The position numbers were made by a program, and so were the translations under genes. This document shows, piece by piece, positions 63,704 to 64,000 of a DNA stretch of 64,000 nucleotides. The DNA lies in NCBI GenBank assembly GCA_963740635.1, contig CAVUEQ010000001.1, positions 529,026-593,025 of the forward strand, in the 5' to 3' direction. The number at the start of each line of letters is the position of its first letter. Positions within the stretch are counted from its first letter, which is position 1. Under the pieces are notes generated by a model that worked only from the letters and a program-made list of their open reading frames with translations, was not told the DNA's origin and ran no database searches. Source of the DNA: an uncultured bacterium. GTDB lineage: Bacteria > Patescibacteriota > Saccharimonadia > UBA4664.

Positions 63704-64000
63704 TTAGGCCCGGCGCCGCTTAGCAACCTGGACAGTGGCGATGGCGCCGGCAGCGGCCACAGCCGCGGCGACGGCCAGGGCCAAGTCCGCGTTGCCCGAG
63801 CCGGTTACCGGCAGGGTGGCAGCGGTAGTAACGGCCGGGGTGGTCGAGGTGCTGAGCACCTGGCCGCCGGTGTTTGTAGCGCTACCCTGTCCAGGGGCCG
63901 GAGTCGGCGTGGGCGCGGGCGTGGTGGCGGGCTTGTGGTCACAATCCTTGTCAGACTTCTTGTGGTCGTCTTTGTCGTGGTCCACGGGCTTGGGAGCCGG
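63704..64000 (-). CDS. LPXTG cell-wall-anchored surface protein, C-terminal fragment (5' end beyond window)
   Basis: The frame is open to position 64000. A PT-rich stalk is followed by LPVTG, the hydrophobic stretch SGNADLALAVAAAVAAAGAIATV and KRRRA, which is a canonical sortase sorting signal. Confidence 0.7.
   Translation of the reverse strand, partial: PAPKPVDHDKDDHKKSDKDCDHKPATTPAPTPTPAPGQGSATNTGGQVLSTSTTPAVTTAATLPVTGSGNADLALAVAAAVAAAGAIATVQVAKRRRA

Overview
This is a 64-kb, high-G+C, gene-dense window, mostly minus-strand. It comes from a monoderm-type bacterium: it has an LPXTG sorting signal, a type IV pilin, PT-linker surface proteins, a compact UvrC and several apparently leaderless genes. 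The lineage cannot be fixed without a database search; a Saccharibacteria/Patescibacteria-like organism or another high-GC monoderm are only guesses. Layout: (i) 1-14.5 kb is a cell-surface block. It starts with a >=1225-codon fibre-like protein that runs off the left edge and is absent from the ORF track. Next comes a locus of five secreted beta-rich proteins sharing the C-terminal motif G-x-Y-[ST]-T-T-[VI]-x-Y-T, interleaved with three signal-peptide/C-terminal-TM proteins. This organisation resembles Firmicute WxL / DUF916-DUF3324 (Swp-Duf-Lwp, Csc) cell-surface-complex loci, and it is my best candidate for an undescribed system. A PKD/Ig PT-linker protein closes the block. (ii) 14.6-18.9 kb holds an S9-type hydrolase and an FMN-bind / ApbE / RnfD-like-FNR flavinylation triad. 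(iii) 19.9-23.7 kb is a lower-GC stretch carrying tRNA-Val and tRNA-Leu, with four type II toxin-antitoxin pairs and a type IV pilin gene. (iv) 23.7-45 kb is housekeeping and accessory: GT2, FAD oxidase, HD hydrolase, an orphan DHQS-like cyclase, two GH130-type proteins, a frameshifted VIT-like gene, PIG-L, tRNA-Leu, PadR, SBP, secG, M24B peptidase, ArsR, a polyprenyl synthase and uvrC. (v) 45.7-53.7 kb has uvrA and uvrB separated by about 3 kb of accessory DNA. That DNA includes a BamHI-like restriction-modification cassette bracketed by a 39-bp direct repeat that duplicates the uvrB 3' end. (vi) 53.9-61.7 kb is a lower-GC glycan module. A CBM-CBM-radical copper oxidase (galactose/glyoxal-oxidase-like) converges on an operon of Ppm-like GT2, a GtrA-fused processive GT2 and a GT-C transferase. 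(vii) 62-64 kb encodes PH-domain, CAP-domain and LPXTG proteins. No rRNA, CRISPR array, transposase or integrase was seen.
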